A DNA stretch of 64,000 nucleotides from Selaginella moellendorffii (Eukaryota; Plantae; Lycopodiophyta): NCBI RefSeq assembly GCF_000143415.4, contig NW_003314283.1, positions 857,769 to 921,768 on the forward strand, written 5' to 3'. The notes under the pieces are model-generated. The model did no database searches and was not told the origin of the DNA. It saw only the letters and a list, made by a program, of their open reading frames with translations. This document shows, piece by piece, positions 9,952 to 23,597 of this stretch. Every line of letters starts with the position of its first letter. Position 1 is the stretch's first letter. The position numbers and the translations under genes are program-made.

Positions 9952-12900
9952 CTTGGCCCCCCTCCTCTCGGGATAATCATCAGGGTTCTCTAGAAGATGG
10001 GCTGGGATCTGGAGGAACGTTAGGAGGAGGCATCGGTAGATCTGTAGGTGGTATTAACTCCTCCTGATCCCTTTGTATGAAGTGTTTCAGCTGTTGCACA
10101 TGCACAATCTCTGAACGATCGGCCTGCTGAACGTCATGCCGAACCTCATAAACTCCAATACGGTCCTTTCCATTGCGCAAGAAGCCCCTTAGATAAACCA
10201 CGTACCGTAAAATGGGGAAAACGGACTAACACTAAATCATCCACTTTGTACTCCGCAGGTGGACGATGATGGGAGTTGTAGCGTCGTTGTTGTCCCATTT
10301 GTATGCGGCCTAAGTGTTCGGCAGACTTTGCTCGGACAAGTGGAAGAATGCTCGTCAAATACTGATCCCATGATCTAGCATCAGCAGCTTGTGGCAATCG
10401 CGAAGGTAAACCTAGTTCCATTAGTAATATTGGATCATGACCATATAGGAGTTTATATAGTGAAGCACTAACAGAACTCTGCACCCCTGTAACATATGCA
10501 TACCGAAGAGACAACAAATAACCATCCCAATCTGAATGTTGAAAGTTCACATATTTCGCAATCATCCCTTTGAATGTCCGAACAAATTGTTCCACCAGAC
10601 TGTCTGATTGTGGATGATAAACACTTGTGAAAGTGTGGCATATCCCCAATCGAGACGTCAAAACATGAAATGCCTCAGCCATAAATGCAGGACCATTATT
10701 CGAAAGAATCCGCTCTGGACAAGAATGCTGGAATACCACTTGATTGAGGAGGAAGTATCCAACAACAGTTGCAAAGGGGCTAACAAGAGCACCAACTTCC
10801 ACCCAACGAGTCAAGTAGTTAGAAGCAATAATAACATACTCATTACCAGCAGTCGACCGTGGAAAAGGTCCCATAAGATCAAAAGCCACTAACTCAAATG
10901 GACGGGAAACCGCAATTGACTCCAACCGTCCTTTTGCAGCACAAGGGGGAGTATTACGAGCTTGGCACCAAATGCAGTTATGCACATACCGGATAATATC
11001 ACGTCGCATCTCTGGCCAATAGAAAGACCTGCACAACTTCTCAGTGACATGACGATGTCCCATATGCCCACCTAGAACAGGAGAATCATGGTAGGCATGG
11101 AGAAACCGCGGAATAAACACCGAAGGCACCACCGGCCATAAGTGATCATCAAGATCCGTCCCCACAAAATAAAGAATGCCATCTTCAAGGCGATATTGAG
11201 AATGTAAATGCTGGAAAGGCAAGTCATCAGCAAGTGATGTAGGATTCTCAAACCCATCTCGAAGCTTTCGAATCCACGGCTCAATCTTTTGAGCCTCGTG
11301 AACCTCATCAAGAGAAGGTAGATCTTGCTCTGCGCTCTGTGGACACTGAACGTCAAGGACAGCAACCGCCAACGGCACAGAATCCTCATCTAGAAAATCC
11401 ACAGATGCTGGAATAACAGGTTCGTCAGAAACATAAGAAGTGAGTGGAGAAGGAAGAGGAGCTCGAGAAAGGGCATCAGCATCAGCCATAGAACTCCTTG
11501 GGCGATGAACAACATTGAAATCATATATCTGAAGCTTCAAAGCCCATCGAGCCGTACGACCAACCAGGTTCTTCCGCTTCAATAATGAAGTAACAGTAGC
11601 ATGGTCACCTTCAAGTAACGTCTGAGAATCATGTAGATATGCATGAAATTTCTCGAAACCCTAGACTGCTGCTAAACACTCCTTCTCCGTCGTGGAGTAG
11701 TTCATCTCCGCTGGTTATAATGTACGGCTTATGTATGCAATGGGATGGCGCTGACCAGGCACACTCGAGCTCTCTTGCATCAACACACCTCCAAGACCAA
11801 TGTCAAAAGCATCCACGCGCAAAATAAAAGGTCAAGTGTAGTCAGGATATGCCAAAACCGGAAGAGTCGTCAATAGCTCTTTAAGATCTACTAACGCTCG
11901 CTCACAATCCGGAGACCAGATGAAAGATGACGTTGATGACTTCAACAATGTTCGCAATGGTGTAGTGCGATCGGAAAGATGATCCACAAAACGACCGAGA
12001 TACTACACCTTACTCAAAAAGCGCTGCACATCATTCACACACTTTGGAGTAAAGAACTTTAGAACAGCCATAAGTTTGTCAAGATCAACTTACAAACCCT
12101 TACGAGAAATACGGTACCCAAGATAAGTTGTGTCCTTGGACCCAAACACGCACTTTGACCGCTTCAGCTTTAAACCAACGTTGCGTAGTCGATCCAACAC
12201 TTTACAAACATCACGAACGTGCTCCTCCCATGTCCCCTCCGAGTGGATCAAGACATCATCAATGAAGTCAGCAGTCACCTCCGGCATATCGCATTGTTCA
12301 AACCAAATGGCATCACCAAGAACTCGTACAAACCAAATGGTGTACGAAAAGCAGTCTTAGGAATATCTTCTTCGACCATCGGTACTTGCCAACACCCAGA
12401 AGCAAGATCTAGCTTGGTGAACCAACGACTTTGCCCCAGACGATCCAAGAGATCAGTAGTGTGAGGAAGAGGATACACATCTGGGATCGTCACTTTGTTT
12501 AACAGACGATAGTCGATGTAGAAACGAATACTCCCATCAGGCTTCGTCACAAGATGAGGTTCACATGCCCAAGGACTCCGCGACTTCCGAATAACACCCT
12601 TCTCCAGCATTTCTTTGACGTTTGCGTGTAAAATCTTAATCTCCTTAGGTGACCGACGATGAACAGGAACCTTGATTGGACGAGCATCCCCGGTTTCAAT
12701 CAGATGACGTGTGGCAATCTTGGCCCCAGACGATAAGTCAAATTCAAAGAGATCAGAATACTCCTTCATGAGCCAGTCAACTGCTGCAACACAAAGATCG
12801 TCGGAGGGATTGGAAAAGGGAAAAGCAGAACAAGATGGAAACACAGAAAGAAAGAGTGGGGGAATAAAAGTAATGGAAGCAGAGGTAGAAGTAGAGGGAC

Positions 12901-13910
12901 GAAGAGATATGGAAGTGAGAGGAATGGATGAAATATAAGGAAGTATGAGACAAGGGGGAGAAGCCTCAAAGTCACACTTGGCATGATTGTGCTGCAACCA
13001 ATCCATACCAAGAATGAGGTCAAAAGCTTGACTCGGCACGAGCCGCAATGACTGCAACTCAAGCTCAAGATTACCCACACGCACAATTAGGTCCACCTCA
13101 TCCTGTGCATATGCATGTGTACGGCTGTTGCCATAAAGAATGAAAACTGGTTCCACCGCACGACGCAAGTGTAGACGACAACGTGTGGCAACAGGTCGAG
13201 TAATAGAAGATAAACTCGAACTTGTATCAACCAACATGGAGAGAATAATAGGAGACCTCTTGCTATAAAAATGAGCTTGGAAAGTAAACACTGGATGAAC
13301 TGGTGCCGAGTGAACCCCTTGATGATACTCTCGAAAGAAAGATGGAGGGGTCACTGATTTATTCGCGCAAGGTCCCTCCGTTACTCGTGCGACTCCTCGT
13401 TTCCCGGATGCATCTCGGTGTTCAGATCTTCTATTGCAGTAGCACCCATGGGACGTTGCTGACGCCAAGGTCTCCACCCAGGAAATAGAGGTCGCTAATC
13501 TGGAAAACGATGGCAACGCCGATAAGTATGACCAACTTCATCACACGCCCAGCAGCGAACATCACGGCCACGACCACGTCCTCGCGCTTGTCCTTGGACT
13601 CGAGCAGCAGCAGCATCAACCTCCATTGGAACAGGACCATCACCCATAGGAAGTGGAGCGGAAGGACGTGCAGCGAGAAGTGGAAGAGGCGACGTCTCAT
13701 AACGTTGTGCCAAGCGAAGAGCATTGTCAAGGGTGGCAGGAGCAAGTGCATGCACAAGTCTAACAAAATCTTGACGAAGTGCTGGCCACAACATTCCTAG
13801 CTTGATCCGCTCCGACATATTTGGCTCCGCACGAAGCAAAAGACTTCGGAAACGAACGCCAAATTGCATCACCGACTCAGATGGCCCTTGGCGAAGACGA
13901 TGCCTCAATG
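9790..13910 (-). mobile_element. Ty3/Gypsy LTR retrotransposon, degenerate, 5' LTR lost
   Basis: gag with CCHC knuckle CWACDEVGHTYRRC (13495-13908), protease-like LVDTSS, RT (LDLASG.WQ, PFGL.NA, FIDDVL), RNase H, and integrase with HHCC and WKGPY (10146-11582). PPT at 9953-9969 next to a TG...CA LTR at 9790-9951. Frameshifts and stops throughout. Confidence 0.9.
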
Positions 13911-15200
13911 GTTGTTCTTGTACTTTTAGGATAACTTTCTATGGTTATAGAACATACAAGTAGACACATTATGACAAAATAGCTTGCATGTACACCATTT
14001 TGTAATTCTCTATATGTGAAAGAAAATCATAAGATCTTGTTGAATATAAAAGTTTGTGACTGCATTTCATCCATAACTTTAGCTTTTGATCTCTTTGTTT
14101 TTGTTCTTCTTCAAGCTGGATTGTATAGTCAACCAAGGCATGTCCTAGATGACAGCAACATGTTCTTCACCTTGTTGGATCTTCAAGAGCTGGATAGACA
14201 AGGTAAATTTGACCTATATTGGTTTTACACAATTCAAGTTTTTGGCAAGATTGGAATGGGTTAATTTAACAGCCCAATGCTAAAGGCAGCAGAATAACTG
14301 TGTTTTGCATTACCTTTAAATCATCTAGCTTGAAGATGTTATGAGACACACCTCACCACATACACATTAGGGCTTTCTGTTGTGTCCATTAGTGCAGTGT
14401 GCTTGACCCCAATTTATCTCATGGTATTTGAGTTGGGATAGTGCTATGGAAGGAAAACCATCCATTCACAAGTTTGATGGAGAAGGTTTTGAGGGATTCA
14501 AGATCCATCTTGAACCCTGCCTCTTGTTTCATGGTTTGTTGGGGGTTGTAGATGGGACAAAGCTAGGGTTATAGCATTGTTGAGGTGCATGAATGGCTAG
14601 AGGGAGCATTGCAATGTGCTTGTCCTCAAATGTTTTCTTTGTTGCTTCATTGATTCCCAAGTTCATTTCTGCAGCATTTTAGAAATGTTTGAGTGACACC
14701 TACAGCACCAAGAGTGAAATGGATACCTTTAACATCCATTCACAAATAGACTCCTTTAGGGTAGAGGAAAATAGCATCATCTAGACTTATATTGCCAAGC
14801 TCTAGGGCTTTTTCACACAGTTTGCAACTGTTGGAAAAGGAGTATGGCCATCTCAACTCAACAAGTAACCCCCAAGCCTAGACTTGTTCCCTAGAGTGCA
14901 ATGTACTTGGCTTCTATGCTAGAAAACAGAAATGGCCTTTATTATTAGCAAAGATAGCATCGATGTAGTATGTCAATATTGCATCACCTCCCAAATAAGA
15001 AATGCATTTGGCAGCTTGCCAATGCATGTGTTGTACAACTCAAAGTCATAGTCATATATGCAATGTCAAGGTGAGTTGTTATGCCAAATATATAAGGCAT
15101 CAATGAGATGGCAATAGGGAGTCCCAACAAGTAGGGGCACACCTGTCTACTCAACTGTGAGATCAATGGCACCAACAACCATCAAGTCTTGATAGGGTGG
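13911..15200. repeat. Second copy of the Copia-remnant segment
   Basis: Colinear with 2650-3780. Minus-strand PY...SLM.Y...TTHLDIAY resembles Copia TRPDIAY. Confidence 0.7.
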
Positions 15201-15219
15201 CAATCATGCATGATCAAGT

Positions 15220-16947
15220 TGTGAGACACAAATCCCTAAGCCCCAAAGTGGAGCTGAAAGGGCACCATGTGGTGGTGGCCGAAGCAAAAGCCAAATGAGT
15301 GTAACACGTTTGGACTAAAAGCTTCGACTTAAAAGGTCGAGAGCAGGAGTGGAACTCCCAATGAAGTGCTCGAAGAACAAGCATAAGATGAGCGATAAGT
15401 GAGTCTCTAGAAAAGGGACAAGAGGACCAACACATGACATATGGAAGAGTTTGAGATGAACCCAAGATGGACCCAAGATGAAGTTCGAGAAGGACTCGAG
15501 ATGGACCCAAGATGAAGTCTGAGATGGACCCGAGATGGACCCAAGATGGAGTCTGAGATGGACCCAAGATGGAGTCTGAGATGGACCTGAAATGGACCCA
15601 AGATGGACCCGAGATGGAATCTGAGATGGAATCCGAGATGGAGTCCGAGATGGACCCGAGATGGAGTCCGAGATGGACCCAAGATGGACCCGAGATGGAG
15701 TCCGAGATGGAATCCAAGATGGACCCGAGACAGAGTCCGAGATGGACCCAAGATGGACCCGAGATGGAGTTTGAGATGGAGTCTGAGATGGACCTAAGAT
15801 GGAGTTTGAGATGGCGTTTGATGTCGAGACTGAGACCGAGACCGAGATCGAGACCAAGACCAAGACCGGGACCGAGACCGAGACCAAGACCAAGACCGGG
15901 ACCGAGGTCGAGGCTGAGACTGAGCTTGAGCTTGAGCCCAAGTCCGAGTCCAAATCCGAGGGTGAAAGCCCAAAGCGTTCGTCTCCCAGACCCTGGGGGG
16001 TTTGGTGAGCTCCAAAAGTATAGTAGGGGGAGGACTCAAGTGGAGCCAATTTGGCCAGGAAAGGCTAGTTTGGCCCAAGAAGGATGTGCTCAGGTGTTGG
16101 GTGATGGGATAACCACTGGGAAGTCTAAGGCTAAAGTGATTATGGACTGACAAGTGGGGTAACTTGGTGAAGTGTTCAAGAGCCGGCTCTAGTTCCCCCG
16201 GGAGATCAAATGGCCGATGCTCCCAGTCCAAGTATGGGTGGCACTACCTACTTGGATACCTAGTGTGGCTCAACGGAACCTCGCTCTAAGCCCATGGCTA
16301 GAGCACCAAAAGGCAGAAGGTGGGGAGAGTACCCATGAGGCTCGTGTAAGGCCACGGTGTTCCAAAATGTTGTCCCAAAACTGTGAAAAGGAAAAGGAGC
16401 AATCCTCTAGTGTAGTGACTAAGGATATGGTCATATAGTGAGGAAGTCCCAAAGGATAATGGGACTTAGAGGTCGGGCTTACAGGCCTTATTCCAGTGGT
16501 AGTGTTGGCAAACACAGCCATAGACAGAAAGGGACTTGGTGGGGACTGAAAAAGGGATATTGGGGAAAATTGTTCCCCATGTTTGCGAACATCTTAAGGA
16601 TGCTAAGGAGTGGATCTGGGATGACCACTCATGGACGGATGGCCTAGTTTTGGAGAGATAGGACTGTGATCCAAGTGGTATTGGACCACTAGTGTGGCAA
16701 AGGTGATGGGGCATGGCCTTAACATAACGGGCTGATATGTCGGTGGTACCTTTGAGTGTCGATCATGGGACCGGACACATGGAGCACTTGGACCAAGTGT
16801 AAAGGTTGAGTGGCAAGGGTGCCATTCTCGGGGCTAGCAAACCCCAAGTCCGGAATAGGACTTATGGAGGTTGTGAGTGAGACTCTTCCAAGTAGTCAGA
16901 GGGGTGGTTAAGTGACTAAAGTGAAATGGAAAATTTAGTAGCTTACA
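15220..16947 (+). repeat. LTR1 (~1.73 kb) of a non-autonomous LTR retroelement, copy A
   Basis: Begins TGTGAGACAC and ends TTACA. Followed by PBS TGGTATCGGAGC at 16951-16962. Directly repeated at 20995. Contains an 11/12-bp GATGGACCCGA/GATGGAGTCCGA minisatellite. Confidence 0.88.
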
Positions 16948-19900
16948 ACTTGGTATCGGAGCTGTTCCTTAGTCTGACTTTTATTGGTAGCCAAGTATAT
17001 CACCACTTGTATTGGAATTGAAAGGTCTTAGATATGGACCTATCCTCGAGGAGTTGCATGTTGAGAAGACATGGCTCTGCATTCAAGTTCATGTGTGAAC
17101 TCGTGCACAATGTGGTGGATGAAAAAGGGCCAGTAAGGGAACGACTTTGGGATCTTGGGAATAGTATAAAGTTTTCCTCAAAGAGTTGAGGATGTGATCC
17201 GGATGAGTGTTTGACTTAGCAAACTGACTAATGTAGTTGTGATAAACAACTATAGTTGGGATCATGGGAAAAATAAAGACTTCAGAACAATAAAGGAGTC
17301 ACAAAGATTATCCTTATATAGTTGAAGCTGGTGCTCATGAATTTGAGACCAGAATTGATGACCGTGAGAGGTCAAGTATGGATGAGGACATAAGTCCTGG
17401 GGCTACCTTTTATAAATGTTAGAACAAACCCAAGGAGTTAGGGGTGTGCTTAGAGGATGAGTCGGTATTCTCATCATATGGACGGATAGTACTAAGGGGC
17501 AAAAGTAACCTATAAGGAATGAGAAATAATCAAGTGTCAAAGTAACACTTGCAAGGATAGTCCTTATGAGTAGGACATAAATACACGAAGTTATATTTTA
17601 GGTAGCTAGCACCTCAAAAATAGGACCTTACGGGTCATTGGATTAGCAAAGTCCAAAGATGTTAGAGGACTCAAGTAGAGTCAAGGAATGGGCCTAAGGT
17701 ATTGGTAAAAAGCATTTGAATTAAGGTGTGTTATGCCCCACAAAAGATGGGGAGGATCATAAGATCCAAGTATAAAAATAATGGTTATTTCATTGATGGC
17801 AGTATGTGCTATACTAAAGTTGTGGAAAAGGTGTTTCCAAAATAAAACAACTTTGACACAAAGTTGTGTGTAAACTCTATAGTGTAGTGCTAACGGATGG
17901 TTGGTATGAGAAAAAACTGTATTGGTTTTGGCAAGGACCTAAACATAAGTAAAAAGTGTTATAAAGGTAGGCTCATGGAGCCAATGGTATGGAGACACTG
18001 AATGTGCCAAAGTGTGATGCTTTGAGGTAAAGTTGGCAGGATCAGGAGAACCCCTTCCCAAAGGAATCCTAATGGAAATGGGAATGGCATAGCTTAAGCT
18101 ATAAGGCATGCCATTGGAATGTGGTGACCCAAATAATGATGGAGGTGTGGAAACATCAGTAATGAGTTGTAGAACTTGACAATTATGAGGTAACTAAACA
18201 AAAGGTGCAAAATAATTGATAAACTAATAGAAGGTAACTACCTAAGACTTCTTAGTGGGATAAGGAAGTTAAATATACCCTTATTGGGGATAAATTGTTT
18301 ATGTTGCAATATAGTAAGTCAATATTGTAAAGGGAATGCTTATTGTCAAAAATGCTATCATTGGGACACCCAAGCACTCTAAAACACCAGAAGGTGGTGT
18401 TTGGTGTCATGAAGGCAATGGATAAGGCCCAAGGGACTTAGTCCCTAGCGAATGATGGATAGAAGGTGCTATTCAAACATTCAAGGTTGTGGAGACGGGA
18501 GAAGTCCATTTACCCGAATTGAACAAAACTAAGAATGGAATTTTGGAAAGGCTAGTGATGGGCATATAAAAGCCCATAAGTAGTAATGTTAATCCCAGTG
18601 TGCGGGATTATAAAGGGAGCATACCTAGATTGAGGAGCCACTCTCTAGGCTATTAAGTAGGTTCATCCTTAAGAATACTTGCTAAGGTATGGTAGAAAGT
18701 GCAAAGCTATCCTTCTAATTTGGAGGAGAATAACCAAAGGAAATGTGCGAGGCAAAAAATAAGTAGTAGGGGGATAGAACCGAACCATAGGAATCGACAG
18801 ACATCACCAAAGATGGTTATGCAAGTTAGGAGTGGAAAATCAAGTGGGTGCTCAAGCTTGTTGTTACTAGTGACTGGGATGCCATAGCAAGTTTAAAACA
18901 CCATATTAGATTATATGGCCATTGGAAAGCTTATGAAAGGAGAGGCTTTAGCAAGTTAAGGAACAAAGTTCCTTGAAGGTTCCCAAAGACAATTCTAGGT
19001 GGATAAGTATTTAAAAAGCCAAGTGTAAATGGTTTATAGAGCGTGCGAAATCAGAGTGGCATAGCAAAAACGTGGTCTTGAAGCTTGCCATGAGGTGAGG
19101 CTATCAAGGTTGGGGAAGTAGTTCCTGAGTGTTCAAAGAGAGGGCTTTGAACGAAAGTCGATGGTTAAGGACTTTCACACTTATGCATGAACCATGTTAC
19201 GGTGGCTGGATGACGTGCTAGATGAGATTGGCAAGTCAGGGGAACAAATAGGTGCTAACTTAAGGTGCTAAATTAAAAAAGGGTGGCCATGGGGCCAAGC
19301 ATGGAGGAGTCCATGCATGATCACAAACATATCAAGTGAAAGGACTTGGCAGTGTGGAGGAACTATGTTCCTAAATTATAATTTGTAGTGCGCTTTAAGT
19401 ATAAGTTAGTGCATTGGTATGGGGAGTCACTCCAAACATCCAGTGTAATGCCGTCTATAGATGCATATATGGAGGTTGGGTTTGAGTCCTGACCCTCTAG
19501 TGCTTGGGTTCGAGTCCCAACTCACTAGGGCGAGGTGGTAGTTTGGAATATGAGAACATTCATTTTTCGGTGGTTATGGACTTTTAATAAGGAGACTAGC
19601 TTAGGCACACTACCAAGCGGGGGATGCCCCAGAGTCGTGATGCACAATTAAATTGTTTAGTGTGAAAGCCCGGCATATCTAACTTGAACACTTTAATGCA
19701 AGTGGCGCCAAGGATGTGGTGAATGAGATGGGGACATCAAGTCTTAGTTGCTATGGACCCTTGGCTACAAGGGTTAGCTTGGGTGCACCGCCAAGTGTGG
19801 GGGATACCCCCGAGGCCATAGTAAACAACTTAAAGGTCTAGAAGACTTAGTACCTATTAGCAAACCTATTAAGGTGCCAAGGTTATATCACTAAGTGATT

Positions 19901-20994
19901 TTATGGCTAAAACAAGAATAAGGTCCTTGTGAGGTTAAGGAATAAAGTTCCTAGTTCAAAGTGTTGATTTGAACTATTGATAATGGTATGGCTTGGTTAA
20001 GGTGACCAAGTGGGAATAACACCTAAGGGAAATGAATGGTGACAATGTAATGGCATAGTGAGTCCGAAGAAAATAATCTTTATAAGAGACCCATGGGAGA
20101 GTCACAAAGTTGGGCCATGGATAGAGCTCATAGCAGAAAATGCTAAAGAGATGTACTAGGGGTGAACACCCTTTGGACTTGGCAAAGCAAAGTCTTTGCT
20201 ATGGAACCAAAAGGATACCTCGAGAATGGAGGTAGTGATCCTATATTGTTTTGTGCAATAATTAATGGATAAGAGCAAAAGACTAGTGGCCAAGTTTGAG
20301 CCATGGGATTCATTGGAAATAATCCAAATGGCAAAGTTAGCTGAAAAACACTAATGTGTTGGGTGTTAATGGATTGTAGGAAAGAAATGTGTTTCGAAGG
20401 ATGGATTCCCAATTGCTTCGCTTTGGCGAAGGTGAAAGCTCTAAGGGAGGGAGTGGCAAGGTAGCCAAATGATAAAGCTGTGGACAGCTCTAGCATAAAT
20501 TATGATAACTAGAACTTAGTGCCAAAGGTGGCATGAAGTAGAAAAGAAAATGATGGTGCCCTCAAGTAGAGAACTTCCTAGGATAGGAAAGTGGAAATGC
20601 ACAATATGTGCAATACAAGGTGTCGGAGATACTTAGGAAATCGACTCCGAGAAGTCAAAATCAAAAGTTCCAAAGTGCAAAAGTTATATCGATGGAAACT
20701 AAGACTATTCAAAAATGAGTAGTAGGATTGAGATAAAGAAGGTATCTCTAACAGATTTAGCAAGAACTAAACTAATAAAAAGAGAGAACCACCACAAGTG
20801 GTCGAATGAGTCTCTAAGTTGGAGAGACTATGCTCCTTAGAAAATGAGCAAGGCATGGTGAGCCTTTGGTATCAAACCATTGACAAATATTAGTGAGGGG
20901 CCAAGGATGGAAAGGGTAATACATGCTGGTATTACTTTATAAAATAATTTATCATTCAATGAGGACATCGAACTTCGTCTATGGGTGGTAGAGT
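16948..20994 (+). mobile_element. Internal region INT1 (~4 kb, no gag/pol ORF) of a LARD-like non-autonomous LTR element
   Basis: Lies between the PBS and a purine-rich tract before LTR2. Homologous to 42094-46173 (reverse complement) and to 34985-36271 plus 56170-58721. Confidence 0.8.
16951..16962 (+). promoter_or_regulatory. Primer-binding site (initiator tRNA-Met type)
   Basis: TGGTATCGGAGC, 3 nt after the LTR end. Equivalents at 34988-34999 and, on the minus strand, 46159-46170. Confidence 0.85.
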
Positions 20995-22712
20995 TGTGAG
21001 ACACAAATCCCTAAGCTCCAAAGTGGAGCCGAAAGGGCATCACGTGGTGGGGGCCGAAGCGAAAGCCAAACGAGCGTAACACGTTTGGACTAAAAGCTTC
21101 GACTTGAAAGGTTGAGAGTGGGAGTGGAACTCCCAACGAAGTGCTCGAAGAACAAGCACGAGGTGAGCGATAAGTGAGTCTCTAGAAAAGGGACAAGAGG
21201 ACCAACACATGACACGTGGAAGAGTCCGAGATGGACCCGAGATAGACCCAAGATGGAGTCCAAGATGGACCCGAGATAGACCCAAGATGGAGTCCGAGAT
21301 GGATCCAAGATAGAATCTGAGATGGAGTCCGAGATGGACCCAAGATGGAGTATGAGATGGACCCAAGATGGAGTCTGAGATAGACCCAAGATGGAGTCCG
21401 AGATGGAGTCCGAGATGGACCCAAGATGGACCTGAGATGGAGTCTGAGATGGACCCAAGATGGACCCGAGATGGAGTCCGAGATGGACCCGAGACAGAGT
21501 CCGAGATGGACCCGAGATGGACCCGAGATGGACCCAAGATGGAGTCTGAGATGGACCCGAGATGGAGTTTGAGATGGACTCAAGATGGCGTCTGATGTCG
21601 AGATTGAGACCGAGACCAAGACCGAGACCAAGATCGGGATTGGGACCGAGGTCGAGGCCAAGACTGAGCCCGAGCTCGAGCCCAAGCTCAAGTCCGAGTC
21701 TGAGGGTAAAAGCCCAAAGTGTTCATCTCCCAGACCCTGGGGGGTTTGGTGAGCTCCAAAAGTATAGTAAGGGGGAGGACTATAGTGGAGCCAGTTTGGC
21801 TAGGAAAGGCTAGTTTGGCCCAAGAAGGCTATACCCAGTGTTGGGTGATGAGTTGTTCACTGGGAAGTCCAAGACTAAAGTGAACATGGACCGACAAGTG
21901 GGGTAACTTGGTGAAGTGTTCAAGAGCCGGCTCTAGTTCCCCCAGGAGATCAACTGGCCAATGCTCTCAGTCCAAGTGTGGGTGGCACTACCTACTTGGA
22001 TACTTGGTGTGGCTCAACGGAACCTCGCTCTAAGCCCATGGCTAGAGCACCTAAAGGTAGAAGGCAGGGAGAGTACCCACGAAGCCCACAGTGTTCCGAA
22101 ATGTTGTCCCAAAGTCCCAAACTATGGAAAGGAAGAGGGATAGCCCTCTGGTGTTGACCAAGGACACAATCACACAGTGAGGAAGTCCTAGAGGATAGTG
22201 GGACTTAATGGTCGGGACCGTGGGCCTTGATTCAGTGACAGTGTTGGCAAACATGGCCCAGGACAGAAAGAAGCTCTATTTCGTTAAAGTGGGAATTGTC
22301 ATTATCCCACTTGTAAAATAAGGTTTCCAAACCTTTATATAGTATATAAATATAACAAAATTCAACTGCATTGAGGCATATGCCATTTTATTTTAAACAA
22401 GGAAATGTCTACTCAATCACTTCTCCTCCCCCTGCCACTGCTTCACCTCTCTCTTCTCCTTGTCATCGTCGTCCAATTTCTTTCCATCCTTTTAATATTG
22501 GCTTAGTTGCTCTGAGTCTAGGTGGAGCCCAAGTCCCCATTCAATCTTTACTTTCCCCTTATTAATAAAACAACTTCGTAGACTTCCAATAACATGCTGT
22601 AACACTTCTAGTATAATGCAAATCCTCTCAAAGAATTATCTTTTAATATTAATACAATGGCATGGAACCCCATGCCATAATAAGTTACATTTTTAAATAA
22701 ATACATGCCATC

Positions 22713-23597
22713 TCAGACTGTTATTTTTTGCCTCCAACGCCTATACAATAATCTTGGAATTTCATCACTCTCCACACTATCAGGATTTAAACCCAATAGT
22801 AATGCCATCTCTTCTCTAATACGTCCACGCTCATGTTCAGTGGTCGAAGAACCCATCCGGTTGAGCAGATTATGGAGATGCGGATAGTGCTTGGCTAGAC
22901 AATATATATGCCATAAATGATGACTGGTGTCTGTCCGATCAAATGGCTTCTGATATACCGTTCCATCTGCCATTTGGTTGATTTTTGCAGCCACCTCATG
23001 GACTGGCCGGTTCTCTATCACCATCGCTTCAAGCCGTTTTGCAAGGTCTGCCAGAACATACGGTTTCTTCTCCCTAGTTTCCATACTGCAAGAGATGGGG
23101 TGCACTGCATATGTGTGCGTGTTAGCTGCAGTTTTAATCGGCGAGTCATCGATGATGAGGATTTCACTTGACCTAGCAGTCCGGTTCATCACTACAGCCT
23201 CTAGCTTGACGAAGATGGGCTTGCTACCCCTCACATGGACCATAGTCAAGCAATCCTCCTGCGTTAGGAGAAAGTCAAATGATAATATTACTCGCGTCTG
23301 ATCGTGCATCATCTGTAGCAACGTTAATGCATTGTGGCGCATCATGGATGTCCAAACTCCCAATTGCAAATTGAACCCGGCCCTCTGTTTTAAGTGTCGC
23401 ATGGTCATTATTAGATCCCGCAATTTCTCCCGTGTGATTAATGTGAATCTGTCTCTTTTGACCAACTTGCGACCGCAGGCTTTGGAGGGTGCAGTGACAT
23501 TCGAGGACGAGCCACGCTCATGGGAGAAAAGGACACCGTTTAGATCAAAAACGATACAGTACTTTTGCCGTGACTCTGAAATGAAATGCGTCAGCAT
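22713..23597 (-). CDS. FCP1/NIF-family HAD phosphatase-like domain (transposon cargo; may be the last exon of a longer gene)
   Basis: IVFDLNGVL (motif I variant), LGVWTSM, TQEDC, KPIFVK, ILIIDDSPIK...N...AVHP. These match plant FCP1-homology proteins. Confidence 0.78.
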   Translation of the reverse strand: MLTHFISESRQKYCIVFDLNGVLFSHERGSSSNVTAPSKACGRKLVKRDRFTLITREKLRDLIMTMRHLKQRAGFNLQLGVWTSMMRHNALTLLQMMHDQTRVILSFDFLLTQEDCLTMVHVRGSKPIFVKLEAVVMNRTARSSEILIIDDSPIKTAANTHTYAVHPISCSMETREKKPYVLADLAKRLEAMVIENRPVHEVAAKINQMADGTVYQKPFDRTDTSHHLWHIYCLAKHYPHLHNLLNRMGSSTTEHERGRIREEMALLLGLNPDSVESDEIPRLLYRRWRQKITV

